A DNA stretch of 64,000 nucleotides from Anthoceros angustus (lineage: Eukaryota > Plantae > Anthocerotophyta). Shown here piece by piece: positions 50,880 through 64,000 of the stretch. The position numbers and the translations under genes are program-made. The notes under the pieces were generated by a model that saw only the letters and a list, made by a program, of their open reading frames with translations, did no database searches and was not told the DNA's origin. The stretch's first letter is position 1; every line of letters starts with the position of its first letter. Location: assembly GCA_010909165.1 (NCBI GenBank), contig VJWM01000044.1, positions 1,612,001 through 1,676,000 on the forward strand, in the 5' to 3' direction.

Positions 50880-52654
50880 ACCGCCCAGCTTGGATGGTCC
50901 GTAATCACTTTTGATAAGGGTGATCTCATGCCAAAGGTCTTTGGCTAAGGGAGGCTAGCGCGCCCAATAAATAGGGAGATATCTATACAGAAAAAAAAAT
51001 ACTATTGGTCCTATTTGGACAATAATCCATGTAGTCTAGAATAAACAAATAAGGATGATTGAGAGTCAGTACAAAGATGAGAGTGACTAGTACAAAGGTG
51101 GCGTGTCGTAGAGGGTTAGTGACCACTACGTTCTTCCCGAGACATGGTCGTCTCGGGTGAGGTATAAATCAACTTGACTGTATGACCTACATACTCAGGC
51201 CTATTTTTCTCTCTGATAACCTTGTTATACAATTCGTTTATTCTAAGTCTACCACCATAAAACATAACTACTTAGTAAAAACTACTTGCATATCAAAGAA
51301 CCGAGACAAGAGGAGTGGTTGTAGTCAACCCGTAATGGACGAGGGGTTTTCCTCATTTTTTTACCATTAAATGATGAAAAATATAGGAGGGGCTTGTCAA
51401 TTTTACTGTTTTCTTGAACTCTAGTTACGAGCAGCTTGGGTTTCCTACATAAGTCCTCTCTCCATCGCTTGCCAATGTATGGTATTTCTTGAATGCAAAT
51501 TGATTCATGGTTCCAAGTTGTGAAACTTGGGGACGATTCAGGGAATCTCTTGCTGGTTTGCACGATACCGATCAGATCGTATTGACAGAACTTGGGCAGT
51601 TGTGAAGTTAGGTGCCCTCTTCCTTGCCTTGTATTTACATTGTTCAGATTTATAACACAAAAAATTCTACATTTTGCAAAATGCGCCATCTCTTCTCCTC
51701 CGGGTGTATGAGTCCAAGCCAGGTGGATCTCGTTACTCAATGAGTAACGAGACATGACATGTCAAAATGCACGCGATGTTCGCGTGCGGTTGCAAGTTTG
51801 CTGGTTTCCATGGACGTGGCGCCTGCCACGTGGAACAGGCTTTTGGGGTGGGAGCACGCAGTGTTCAACCTAGTCCCTCTTACCACACATGCTCACAACA
51901 TGATAATTTTTGAAGGGGGGGAATATAGTAACCCCCTTTGGTCGAAACAGCACCCCGTTGTCACAGTTTACACCCTTCCTGCGATAGCATATGTGCCAAG
52001 CTTTGATAATGGGCACACCCTTTCTGAGTCCATACCTTTGATAAAAGACGCACTTTCAATTCTACGCCCCAAAATTAGAGCACTGTAGGGCGCGGGGCCG
52101 TCTCCGTTTTTGTAGAATGCATGGTGGGCTGCCGTTTGCATCTGTTTATTACAACCGAAAACATTTACTTTTCAAGTGGTGGAACACAATAAAAATCATG
52201 CTTGTACTTGCGAGAGTCTCATTTCAGTATTCATGAAAACCTTGCAACAAATAATTGCTAAAGGAGGAAGTGGTCATCAACATCAACTATAGTCATTCAA
52301 GAGGGCGGCCTAGCAACTCGTCCATGCCTCGCGCCGATACTGAGTTAAGGACCACCGCCAAATTCCGAAGGCGGTCCATATCCTCGACGTCAAAGTTATC
52401 ATTCTCCTCCAATGCTTGCTCGTATTCATTAGTATAATTCTTGGGCTGAGCTTCCGATGGTGTCGACTGCCACAACCCAAAAGGATCTGCTGACCTTCAT
52501 CCAAAAGCTCGCGAGTCGTAGTCTTCAACCTTCTAACACTCAGTGCAACTACTTGGGCTTTAAGGCAATGGCAGCGTTCTTAAAATGAAAAAAATTGGTT
52601 GCCCATGCGCTCATGCCAAGGTTCTTAAAATCAGCTAAGCTAATTCGTGTAGTT

Positions 52655-52717
52655 GGAAGTGGTTTTGAACCCAGGACCTAGCAATAGTTTTTCTCCAACC
52701 ACTTGAGCAACTATCCC
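52655..52717 (-). other. Degenerate tRNA-like / SINE-head sequence
   Basis: Minus strand gggatagTTGCTCAAGTGGttggag...ctaggtcctgGGTTCAAAACC: Pol III A-box and B-box-like motifs at tRNA-like spacing, no intact cloverleaf. Confidence 0.4.
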
Positions 52718-53039
52718 AAGTTGCATACAATGTGAACCGTTAACTATCTATTTTATAAAAAAACAGCCTATGAGGAGGAAGGCGGCCATGGGAGGGCGCC
52801 CCGGGCCGCCCATGGGCGGGCGGGAGGCGTGTCGGGCCGACGCCTCCCCTCCACCGCATGCACCGACGGTGGTGCTACGGTAGGACGCTGGTCCAACGCC
52901 TCCCTACCTCCACCGCATGCACCGACGGTGGTGCTGCGGGAGGCGCCGACGCCGGCGCCCTAGCTCCACCGCATGCACCACCCGAGCTAGAGGGGGGGGA
53001 CAAGAAGGAACAATGTATCCTATCACCGACTAAAGGTGT

Positions 53040-53720
53040 GGCCCATTTGCATGAAGGGTTAAAAGATCTGCGTCCATAGATGACTGCTGAAGAGTACAAG
53101 TGGTGGGAAGCCTTTTAGGTGGACCAGAAGGAGATTGCTGTCATTGTGGAGAATAACATCGGGCTAGTGCTGGAGCGTCTTTGGAAGTGGTTTTCACGTG
53201 CAGAAGTGGAGCATACAGCCCGACCACTTCAAGTGCCGAATGAAGCTTTGTTGGATGAGGCAATATTGAGGGACCTCCCACAGCGTGATATGTACTTGGG
53301 GGCACATCAAAATGCGGCAAGGCAACAGCGGGAAATGGCGCGGATGAATGGGGACATAATGGAAATCCGGAAGGGGATGTTTGTGGCAATGTCTTGCACT
53401 ACGGACACGCATAACATGCCATTTTGGATTGGGGAGGTCATTGACGTGAAGCTAAATGCACCACGACCTCACTTTCTTATCCTCTGGTATCGGACCGAGC
53501 ACACAGATGCGTACGAAGGGAGATATGTGCAGGAATACATAGTCTGCCAGAGTACTAACCCATCTAGTCCAATGCCGAGGAAAAAAGGAAATAAGGTCCA
53601 TTACCCAAAAAACATACAGTAGGTATTTGTGAATGAAACAGTCATCCTGTATTATGGGTTTGTGTTGAACGACAAAACTCTCTATGGTGGACAAAAACAA
53701 TGATAAGGGATAAGCTCTAG
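53040..53720 (+). pseudogene. Degenerate ORF remnant, probably transposon-derived
   Basis: Protein-like segment IRKGMFVAM...PFWIGEVIDV...LILWY...YEGRY bounded by in-frame stops inside a repeat-rich zone; family not identified. Confidence 0.4.
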
Positions 53721-53808
53721 TTAGTGACTTCATACACCATGAGTCAAAGTGCCGCTGAAGATAGTGATAACAATGCCGAGAATGGACCAAGTGATGAAGG
53801 ATTGAACT

Positions 53809-55845
53809 GATGATGAGTGAAACTGAAATCACGGTTTGTCCCGGTCCCAGTGAATGTTGTACGCCCGTTCCGTATGTTATGTTTAGAAATACCGTCTGTG
53901 GCTTTCCGGGTCCTTACTAAACCACATTTTCCTCCCAAAACTGAATTTACAATCGTCCCTTCCCGGCAGGAACGGCCTTCCTTACCGTTCCTACTTTGCA
54001 TTAATCTTATAGATTCGAGTTTGCGACCACCATTCGACAAAAACATTGCTGGATGGAAAGTAGTAACTTTAGTAGGTGACACCCTTTTTTTCGGAGATGT
54101 TTTCCGGAATGCCTTAAAAACGCTGTTTTAGGGCCCATCAAAAACTTCCTTCAAAGATTATTTGTGGAAAACCCCCTTCGAGATTATTCACCCCCTTCAA
54201 AAATTATGATGTTTCACCGTGAGTTACAAATCATCTCATGGAATCTCAAACTTTGAATGATACTAGTACATTTGCATCATTAAGCCAATTTTTTTGCCCA
54301 TGAAGTCCATAAATAGCCCATTTTCTTCTCCACATTCCGTCATCCACATCCCGCAAGAGCTCCGGAAATTTAGAAGCTTCTCCAGTTCTTTCATCAAACA
54401 ACAAAGATATGGCCGTTCTTCGATGCAAAAGACTTAAAATGAGTCGATTTGTCCATTAGGGGTTAAATTCAACACTTGAAGGATAGGACCGTGATGATGA
54501 GTGAAACTGAAATCACGGTTTGTCCCGGGTCCCAGTGAATGTTGTACGTCTGTTCCAGGATATTCGTGTAGAAATACCGTCTGTGGCTTTTGGCTGTGTC
54601 CTTACTAAACCACATTTTCCTCCCAAAATCGAATTTACAATCGCCCTTCCTAGAACGGCCTTCCTACTGCTCCTACTTTGCATTAATCTTATAGATTCGA
54701 GTTTATGACCACCATTCGACAAAAACATTGGATGGAAAGTAGTAACTTTAGTAGGTGACACCCTTTTTTCGGAGATGTTTTCCGAATGCCTTAAAAACGC
54801 CTGCTTTAGGGCCCATCAAAACTTCCTTCAAAGATTATTTGTGAAAACCCCTTCTAGATTATTCACCCTTCAAAAATTAAGGATGTTTCACCGTGAGTTA
54901 CAAATCATCTCATGGAATCTCAAACTTTGAATGATACTAGTACATTTGCATCATTAAGCCAATTTTTTGCCCATGAAGTCCATAAATAGCCATTTTCTTC
55001 TCCACATTCCGTCATCCACATCCCGCAAGAGCTCCGAAATTTAGAAGCTTCTCATTTCTTTCATCAAACAACAAAGATATGGCCGTTCTTCGATGCAAAA
55101 GACTTAAAATGAGTCGATTTGTCCATTAGGGGTTAAATTCAACACTTGAAGGATAGGACCGTGATGATGAGTGAAACTGAAATCACGGTTTGTCCCGGGG
55201 TCCCAGAGTGAATGTTGTACGTCTGTTCCAGGATATTCGTGTAGAAATACCGTCTGTGGCTTTTGGCTGTGTCCTTACTAAACCACATTTTCCTCCCAAA
55301 ATCGAATTTACAATCGCCCTTCCTAGAACGGCCTTCCTACTGCTCCTACTTTGCATTAATCTTATAGATTCGAGTTTATGACCACCATTCGACAAAAACA
55401 TTGGATGGAAAGTAGTAACTTTAGTAGGTGACACCCTTTTTTTCGGAGATGTTTTCCGGAATGCCTTAAAAACGCTGTTTTAGGGCCCATCAAAAACTTC
55501 CTTCAAAGATTATTTGTGAAAACCCCTTCTAGATTATTCACCCTTCAAAAATTAAGGATGTTTCACCGTGAGTTACAAATCATCTCATGGAATCTCAAAC
55601 TTTGAATGATACTAGTACATTTGCATCATTAAGCCAATTTTTTTGCCCATGAAGTCCATAAATAGCCCATTTTCTTCTCCACATTCCGTCATCCACATCC
55701 CGCAAGAGCTCCGGAAATTTAGAAGCTTCTCCAGTTCTTTCATCAAACAACAAAGATATGGCCGTTCTTCGATGCAAAAGACTTAAAATGAGTCGATTTG
55801 TCCATTAGGGGTTAAATTCAACACTTGAAGGATAGGACCGTGATG
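53809..55845. repeat. ~670-680-bp tandem repeat x3
   Basis: tgatgatgagtgaaactgaaatcacggtttgtcccgg at ~53809, 54492 and 55162; the same spurious ORFs recur in the ORF track. Confidence 0.96.
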
Positions 55846-56031
55846 AACAGCGCATGTATCCTTGTAGCTCTAAAAGTTTAAGACTATGTTCTATTCTTGT
55901 CTTTTCCAGAGCTTGCAAATTCTCTAGCATTGTTGCGCTTCTATGTTTGCAAAAACCTTAGCAAACTTGGAAATGCTATCTGCTATCCTTTCTACGCTTC
56001 CCAGTCTTGAGAAGCACAAGTTGGTGTAACA

Positions 56032-56480
56032 TTAGTTACAAATGATGCTCTGTCCATTTATGCACTTAGGATCTTGTGCTTCGTCAACATGAACATCTAT
56101 TTGCCTTGTGCAACAATGTGAAGACGTCAAGTCAATGAAACCAGGGTCATGAGAGTTTGGAATCCCAAGTATCCCAGGATTGTCATTCATGAATGAATCC
56201 ATGGCCTCCCAAAATACCCAGTCGGAAGCATATACGCCAGTTGTGAGCTTCCTAGACTCCACCTTATATTGCCTCTTCAAGTTGCCCAGTTTGTTCTTGC
56301 ATTGGAGGCCTATGGGCTTCAAATTTTGGCACATATGAGAAATCTTAGCTGCAATGTTATGATAGTGATGAACCGCCAAATTCCCTCTCTGAAGGTGCTC
56401 CACAGAGACCTTATCAAAAGCCTCAATCAATGCGAAAGTGCTTTCGGCTGTTCATGCCGCAATTTGGCCACTTTTATCTT
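56032..56480 (-). pseudogene. Myb/SANT-like (trihelix-type) DNA-binding domain relic, as in PIF/Harbinger ORF1 or ASIL trihelix factors
   Basis: *TAESTFALIEAF...RGNL...IAAKI...QCKNKLGNLKRQYK.E...SDWVFWEAMD; the first invariant Trp codon reads TGA (56452-56454). Confidence 0.7.
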
Positions 56481-57147
56481 CACTACATTCATCGATGGTT
56501 CACCTCGTATGAAGAAAGATGAAAGAATCTGAGAACAAAATGGAAGTTGAGACAAAGAGCCCGAAGAATCTAGCATGTGAGAGGAATCCACTCTAGTAGC
56601 TTAGAAGAAAACCACAAAGAACAAAAATTAGAGCCCAAGATAGATTACTAAGAGAATTACTCATACGATGAACATAGCATTCCCAGAGCTACGAACGAAA
56701 GGCTCCATCGGTGGCTCTCGCCGATAGACTGCCCTATTTTTAGGGCGGCCCAATATCCCCGCGATAGAGGGAGACGGGATCCACAGACAAGATAAAAATG
56801 CCCAATGTGAACAATACTTCAGAGGAAATGTGGAGACTTTATAAAAAGAATGAGGTGGGAAATCCCATCTACCCCGAGGCTAAAGGGGACAACCCACGAC
56901 GGGGCACCAGGCTAGGGAGGCCGTGCCCCCGCACTAATCTAGGAACCCTTCAGAGGTAGGAACACATTGTCGAGGTGGTGTAAGGTAGGGGAAGTATGTA
57001 AGTCGCCCATTAGCCCCCCCCTTTATTGTCGATGTCGTGTTTTTTGAGCGGTCTGATGGTTTAATTTCTTCTGCAGCATGTTTGGATGCCTCTTTTTTAT
57101 TTATTGTATGTTTGTGTTGCAAGGCTTGTTTTTTCTTGATCATTGAT

Positions 57148-57300
57148 GTGTGTTTACGGCTTTTGGGTATTCCAGCTTGCAAGCCTCAAGGTGTTCCAGC
57201 GTTGCGTGTGTGTTTACGGCTTTCGGGTACACCTGCTTACGGGCCTCAAGGTGTTCCTGCGTTGCGTGTGTGTTTACGGCTTTCGAGTACACCAACTTAC
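57148..57300. repeat. 60-bp tandem repeat, ~2.5 copies
   Basis: gtgtgtttacggcttt at 57148, 57208 and 57268. Confidence 0.85.
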
Positions 57301-58265
57301 ATTTATTCCTTGCTTTATCCAGCAACTTATCCTACATAACCCGCCCCAACAGACCATACCTTCCGACATTACTTAACCTAATCCACTGCTCCTCATGGCT
57401 ACGCCAGCACACTATACAGATTTGGGGACTTTGCCTCCCATATACTCCACACTTATTGTAATACAAATTTGGGGACCACCATCCGCTCAACACTTACCAC
57501 CACCCATGAAATTTCTTAGAAAAATACCAATACAAATACAACATAGCTAACTTCAGCAAAAACATATTTTAATAAGAAAGCCTAAAGAGTCGAACTCTCG
57601 CCCGTCATGGGCATGTCAATTTTTCTTGTGGGAACCGCCACAACATATAATGCATATTTGAATTGTAAACCAAATAGTATTAAATAATAATATATATAAT
57701 ATATATAAAATGTTCTAACATTTTACACTTCCGATTACAATGATACTGTAAATTCCATGTCATAGCAGCCTGGGACTGTATACACGAGGGAGGATTTACT
57801 ACCAGCTACACTTAGATGGGAGGGTTTACTACCAGCTATACTCAAACTAGGTGACTAAAACTCGGCGGATATAATCCATAGACCTCTCCGATATCTGACC
57901 TATCCGGTATATGGGATGACCTACATCGTACTAATCGTATTCGAAGTCCTCCCGACGAGTTCATCCTAAATAGTTCGAAAAACTCTAAACTTCAGACCCA
58001 CAAAATGGGAAGTGGGGAATCATTTACAAAAAGGCACTACGCATCTTCCAAATAATTGGAGCGCAACGTCCCAGGCATCATGCGAAGTAGGCAGCACATT
58101 GACGTCTTTCCTATGCACATCATGGTCGTCCACCATAGGTGCCGTTTGCTGTCTCTGCACATCGCGTTCTTCCACCTGGGCTTGCCGTGAAAGTAAGGAT
58201 CCAGGCCACAAAATGTGCCAGCGCGTCAAGCTACACGATACGTCGTGGCAAGCTGGTTTTCAGGA

Positions 58266-61200
58266 TCACCTGAATTTACCCCTCTTTGGAGGAGGGCCTC
58301 TTGAGTCCCGTGGATCCGGAGCTCGAGCTTTACCTGCAGCCTTTGCTTTCTTTCTTCTCCTGTCATCATCACTATCAGACTCCTCACCTTTTTCTCTGTC
58401 TTCTCTGGTTGCTTGGGCTTCCAATTCATCCCAAGTCATCCCTTCCTCCTCGTCCTCTTCTTCTTCCTCCTCCTCCTCAGATTCAACCACAGACTCATCA
58501 TCAGAGTCATCATCCTCCGACTCAGATGCTTCATCCACATCGGAAGGTTCATAAGCGTCAGACTCCGCGGATTTATCGGACTCAGAGTCACTGACCTCCA
58601 AGTTCAGAAATTCCCAGCCTCCATCTTCAATAAATTTATCTGGATCGTCGAGGATGGTCTTCAGTATAGGACGCCAATTCAAGTTCAATCTACTCTCATA
58701 ATACTTCACGTTCATTGAGTTTAACCATTCCTTCATGCCGTCCAATGAGGTGGAAGGAATGGCATCTATCCTGAGCACGTCACGCTTGAAATCCTTAAAG
58801 ACTATGGCCATATCAAAAGCCTTCTGGCCAAGCCCAACCCTTTCCAAATTGACTATCTCAATGTCATTGAGAGTAACTACCAGGAAAGGTATCTCTATGA
58901 GCTCCACCAGACAGTTCACAGTTGGAACAATGAATGCTGACGACTTGCTGGGAACACCATGAAATCCAAGCTCTCGGAACGGTATGTCAAACTCAAGGTC
59001 CAGCTCCCTCCAGGGCGATTGTTCCCAGACCTCTCCCATCTTCTTGACAAAGTTTTGAAACTCCTGATTGATCCTATTCCTCCTGTCTCTTTCCTTTTGC
59101 TCCTCTTCAATCTCATCAGGGTCATGGTATGCTGAGCGCCGTCCACCACCCAAAGTCTGCACAGACTCCATGACTTCTACATAAAATTGCACATCCTTGG
59201 CCTTCTTAGTACCTACCATAATAGGATTATGCAAGTGAAAATGAACCAGAGTGATCATCTCCTTCTCCGCTGGCTGAAAGAAGGCATGTTTGATATTCCT
59301 GTACATAATATCCACTCGCTCATCATGCTTCATAGTGGCATAACGGAAACCATTGGAATGAGCCTCCAAAGTTCCGCTCATCTTCCGACCCCTGCCTCCA
59401 AATGGAGGTCGAATCCACAGGTCAGCCAGCCTGATCGGCCTCTTCAGACCTCCAGGTGTCAACTTTTCCTGGGTGACCAAAGTTGCTCTTTCAGCTTTTT
59501 CTGATTCTCTTTGAGCAATTTGTCGCCGCAATGTTTTAATCAGTTGCACTACTTGATTGGCATGCCGAGTATCACTTGACCTGAAGGATATCTCTTTCAT
59601 ATAGATGGACCGTGGGAACTTTTGAAAAGGTAAATCTGTTGTGGAAAATCCTGCTCCAGGGACATTGAAAATGATGCGGATGTAACAGTGGCCCCCATCT
59701 TGTTGGCTTGAGACACTTTTCACTGTGTAGATGTGAAAAGGGACCATTAAACCGTAGATTGGCAACAATATAGCTTCATTTTTCTGATCCACCTGCAACC
59801 ATGGCACAGCAAAATGGTCACAACAGGAAGCCACTGCCAACAACAGCACTACAATCTAGAGCTGCAGCTGGGCAAGGGAACATAAAACCTAAGTGCATTC
59901 AGACCTGAATCATAAGCTCTCGCACTGTCGGGATGTCATCAACATTTCGGTATGCGACAATGTCACCAATGACTTTAGAAGATCCTTGGGTGTCAGCTTG
60001 ACCAAGACCTCCAGCAGCCAGCCTCCTAGCAGTTTCTTCATTCTTCTGCCTCGCAAGTTCTTGCTGGTGCTGCCTCCTCTGTTCCTCCTTTGTCATCTCT
60101 TGAGTATCAGACCTAAGTGCTGTCTTGTAGCCCGAAGACTCCGCACCATTTGCATCAGGCTTCGGCCGGGTCTTCCTTTCTTGCCGTTCCTCAGGCTCTT
60201 CCTCCTCCTCATCTTTGAAAGAATAAGCAATATCACTGAACGACTTAGAGCACGCACTGGTCAGCACCTCCTGACCCTTTGATGCACTCACCACAACGGT
60301 GTCTGCAAGCAAGAGAGAAAACTTGGACGTTGCTGGATCCTTCTCCTGCTCAGTAGCCAGGTTCTGAAACCCGATGCTTATATTAAAGGCCATGCCTGGC
60401 TTGATGACATGGTCATTCTTTGCATTGAGCGTGGTACCCATCTCCCGAAACTCTATCCCTATACTAGTTCCTGCACTCTTGGTCAAGTTACCCAAAAATT
60501 CCGGTGCATCCTTCTGCACCACGATGTAGGCTGCTTGATAGGGAGCAGACATCTGACTGTCCGGTTTGAGAGCATTAATGGCAGCCTCATGCGCTTTAAG
60601 GAGAACTTTGTAAGCCTTCTCCTGCACCTTATCAGCATCGATCAGGTAAGTCCTGGCCACATTGGAGCAATAAGACGCATACCTTGCACCCAGCGCGCAG
60701 ATGATCACGCCTGTGGCATCATAGTACAGGGGGTCATCAGTGCTGACTGCACTTGGCCTGAGGTCAAACTGGCCCCCCGATTGAAAGACCGGCGGGAAGC
60801 AAATATCCACGTTATCAGGCCTGTAATTCACCTTCACCTTAGAGGGCTCAAGGATAGCTTCCTCCGTCTTCTCCATGAGCTCAGCATGCGTAATTTTCTC
60901 CTCCTCGTCGATAGCCACCTCTAGCTTGGGTACCACAAACAGCTTCATGACGGAGGCGCTCAAGAACGCAGCCCTTTTGATGTGAGCGATCTCCTTCTCA
61001 TCCTTGACCAGAAAGAGCTCGCCGATGGCAGGGGCCACGTCCACCTTGGCAAGCCCCGAGTCCCCTAAAACCTCCTCCCACTTCTCCATCAGGGTTCCCT
61101 CCGCCGCCTCCTTGGCCAGCACCCCGACCACAGGGCTATCCTTCTTGGACTCCTGCTTCACGGCCTCCAATATGGTCTCCATCTCCGCGCCCCCTGCCTC

Positions 61201-61569
61201 GTTCCTGGCCCTAACGTGGATCACCAGCTCCACCTGCGCCTGCTGCCGCACGGGCTTGCGCAGCGCTTCCAGCATACCAGCCTTCTTCTGCGAGCACACC
61301 ATGTGCAGCTTGCGACTCTGCAAAAACACCATGACAGTCTCCGGAAACTCATACCCTAGCAGCCACACATGCAATGCGGTGGACTTGAGGTAGCGCAAAT
61401 CCTCGGAGGTTTTGGGGGTGAGCACGGCCACAGCATCGGCCCCGTTCCACAAATTCTCCTTCCCTTCGCCCCATGCTTTGAAGAAGGCCCTGAGTCGCGT
61501 GGCCAGCAGCTCCTGGTCGATGTTCACTCCCCCGCCGCCCTTGTTATCGCCGTTCCTGGACTCTGCCAT
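58266..61569 (-). CDS. SPT16: FACT complex subunit SPT16; exons 61569-59905 and 59792-58266 (~1063 aa)
   Basis: RYLKSTALHVWLLGYEFPET, GARYASYCSNVART, RRQHQQELA, VPFHIYTVKSVS, GTLEAHSNGFRY, FDIPFRELGF, FIEDGGWEFL, acidic tail; phase-0 GT-AG intron. Confidence 0.98.
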
Positions 61570-62656
61570 GGCCGCCTGGGGCCTACTTGCACGCTCTCAC
61601 CACGCGCTCGCCACCATGCAGCCTGCCAGCCTCCAGCTCCCTCCCTGCCGCGAATTCCTGCTGCTCCGATTCCTCGTACCCCCAGCGCCGATCGGCAGCC
61701 CCTCTCCCTCTCTGGCAGGGGTTCGCAGGGACCGGAACGCTCGCTATTTTGCCGCCAATCTCTGGTCACTACCTATAACAATCGTGACGATTCTTCCCTC
61801 CTACTCGTATTTCCACTTACCTAGGTAATACCCTACCCAATAGGGCCAGAGGCTATTTCACCTTGCAAACTCCATGCGAGGCGTCCCACTAAGCAGTGGG
61901 GCCCACCATTCGCCCAAGACGGGCGGCGCCATTCGGTTCCGGTGTCCGAGCTCGTCAACAAGCCCACGCTTCTTAACGATGCCCATATTGGCCTCCGTCT
62001 CAATCTCCGAAGATAATATTCACGCTTGTAGAATCCCGCCGATCCCGATTTCTCTCTAATCATGGCGTACACCGTACACAACACCATGTAGCGGTCCATA
62101 CAGGGCCGTCACTACTGTATTTTGGTTCGGACTTCGTGGGTACAACCCAAATATGTGCATCGGCACCACAATGAGGTTGTGATATGAACCATGCTTAATT
62201 CTGAACCATCTCCAAGGAGTATTAACTGAGTGCAGGCCGTTTCAAACAAACGAAAGCCACAGACAAATATGGAGTGGAAGCCAAGAGCGGGGATCTGAAG
62301 GCAGCGGGGAGCGGAAGGCAGGAGCGATCTGAAGCCATCGGGGAGCAGAATCCAGGAGCGGGGATTGGCTCGGGATGGGAGCGTGGGGACGGGAGCCGGT
62401 GGGCATGGGCTGCGTCGGAGGGCTGGGTAGGGACGCGTGAGCTCTGGAGGGAGTACCACGGACGGGAGCGGCACCGCCTCTGAGCCCCACGCCTTTCCCC
62501 CTTCCCCGCCTTCCGCCTCCCTTCCCACCCCCATCCCGAAAGGGCGCGCACGGGGGGTGCGGTGTGGTGGGTATGAGGAGGGCACGGGGACTAGGGCGAG
62601 GCCAGGGCCGGGGGCGAGGCCCAGGCCCAGGCCCAGGCCTCGCTCCTGGCCGGGCC

Positions 62657-62860
62657 TGAAGAAAGGGACGAGAATGGGAGGTTCCTGAAGAAAGGGACGA
62701 GAATGGGAGGTTCCTGAAGAAAGGGACGAGAATGGGAGGTTCCTGAAGAAAGGGACGAGAATGGGAGGTTCCTGAAGAAAGGGACGAGAATGGGAGGTTC
62801 CTGAAGAAAGGGACGAGAATGGGAGGTTCCTGAATCAGAGGGGAGGAGGTTCCTGAATGA
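62657..62860. repeat. 29-bp purine-rich minisatellite, 6 perfect copies plus degenerate tail
   Basis: tgaagaaagggacgagaatgggaggttcc repeated. Confidence 0.95.
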
Positions 62861-64000
62861 GAGGGGGAGGAGAAGGAGACGTGGGGTCATTCACTTGGGA
62901 GCATTTCGCTGGCCTCGCCTTGGCAAAGCTCCTCGACTTCCGAGGGGCATTCGGATGGAAAAATTTATGCACGCCGATCGTTGCAATGTCCATGTAAGGC
63001 TGTGGCAAGCCTGCTTACGCCATTCATGCATAGGGTCTATTGTTCTAACACTATGTACCCATCCATGTCTGGAAGCTGCTACTATGCCAATTCCCGATTG
63101 CCCTGTTTTGGTCCTTGTTGTTTGGAAGACTATTCATACAGTGGACAGGAAACTTATTGTGTCGCCTTTTCCTTGTAAGTCGAGATGAACTTGTTGTGTC
63201 ACCGTTTCCTTGCAAGTCGAGATGCATTCTGTCCAACTATGTAGCTAACATTTTTTTCATCCCTCCTTATACGGTTCAAGTGTAAAGCAAAACATAGGCT
63301 TCAACCCCGTTACAAAACCAAGGCTTCAGTGAGGCCACCAGCTCTTAGCCCTTGATTACAAACGTATAAGAGGTTGCACTAAGTACATACAAGCCTTGAG
63401 AGGCTTCACCAAGTACATACAACCCTTCAAACGTGATGACAAAACAAAGGCATCACAAAGTAAAAACTAAAGCATGCACCACAGGTTCCTAAGCACCTAT
63501 TTCATAACTAACTAAAGCACATAACCAAGTATTCACCTTATCTAAAGCTGTCATGATACTTTTTTCTTCTTCGGCCTTGAACGTTCGTCAATGCCCTTGA
63601 AACGCACCAATCGGTTGGTCATCCAGAACAAACTCCTCTAATACCGGTGTACTGCTTCTGGCCTCGTCCACCTAAGCTATAACCTCCCTAATACAATATT
63701 GTGCTTGTTCCATTATTGCGCAGACCTCAAACAAAACAGACTTGGCTTCCACAATGATTGGAATACCCATGCAAATTGCATCCAAGTCTCAATGTCGTTT
63801 CAGCTTCGACTCCTCCAAGCTACCTGGGTTGTTGGGAAGAGGTGTGACAGCAGCATTGGTGCAACGTTGTATCCTGAATATGAATATCGGGTGACATCTC
63901 GTTCTCCATAGCAAGATTCAGGTCAGGAAATGTACTTTTTTCTCCCTATGCCGGAACAGAAGATCCATTAGTACACCAAGCAAGGCGCAATAATAGGGAA

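Noticed and set aside
53809-53830. Box C/D snoRNA-like tgatga...ctga at repeat starts
   Set aside because: Boxes are too close together; no terminal stem or recognisable rRNA antisense element
53744-55777. Repeated small ORFs (MSPTKVTTFHP..., MHRRTAISLL...)
   Set aside because: Products of the 675-bp tandem repeat; alternative start codons, frameshifted between copies

Overview
Eukaryotic, intron-containing land-plant nuclear DNA. The short (~70-200 bp) GT-AG introns, high gene density and style of the PLS-PPR proteins suggest a compact non-seed plant genome such as a hornwort; this is an inference. From left to right: a tandem array of at least four minus-strand MLO genes (the first runs off the left edge); an intronless Nudix hydrolase (NUDX9/NUDT22-like); a TA-flanked MITE; an intronless ankyrin-PGG (ACD6/ITN1-like) membrane protein; an AT-rich SRR1-domain gene; a stand-alone PGG protein; two adjacent PLS-E+ PPR ORFs that can be spliced in frame into one double-E-domain protein; a DUF1279/FAM210 gene; an archaeal-type cofactor-independent phosphoglycerate mutase; a METTL21-like methyltransferase; a GT92 glycosyltransferase; a PPR relic; a DUF2232 gene head-to-head with a DEAH helicase (DHX33/DEAH10-like); a ~8 kb repeat/TE-relic zone; and SPT16. 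The strongest leads are the predicted PPR-PPR fusion, the MLO + ANK-PGG + PGG membrane-channel cluster with a shared C-terminal RLYGKxKG motif, and one strongly diverged MLO with a mutated splice donor. I found no prokaryotic system or CRISPR array. All assignments come from motif recognition by eye; no searches were run.
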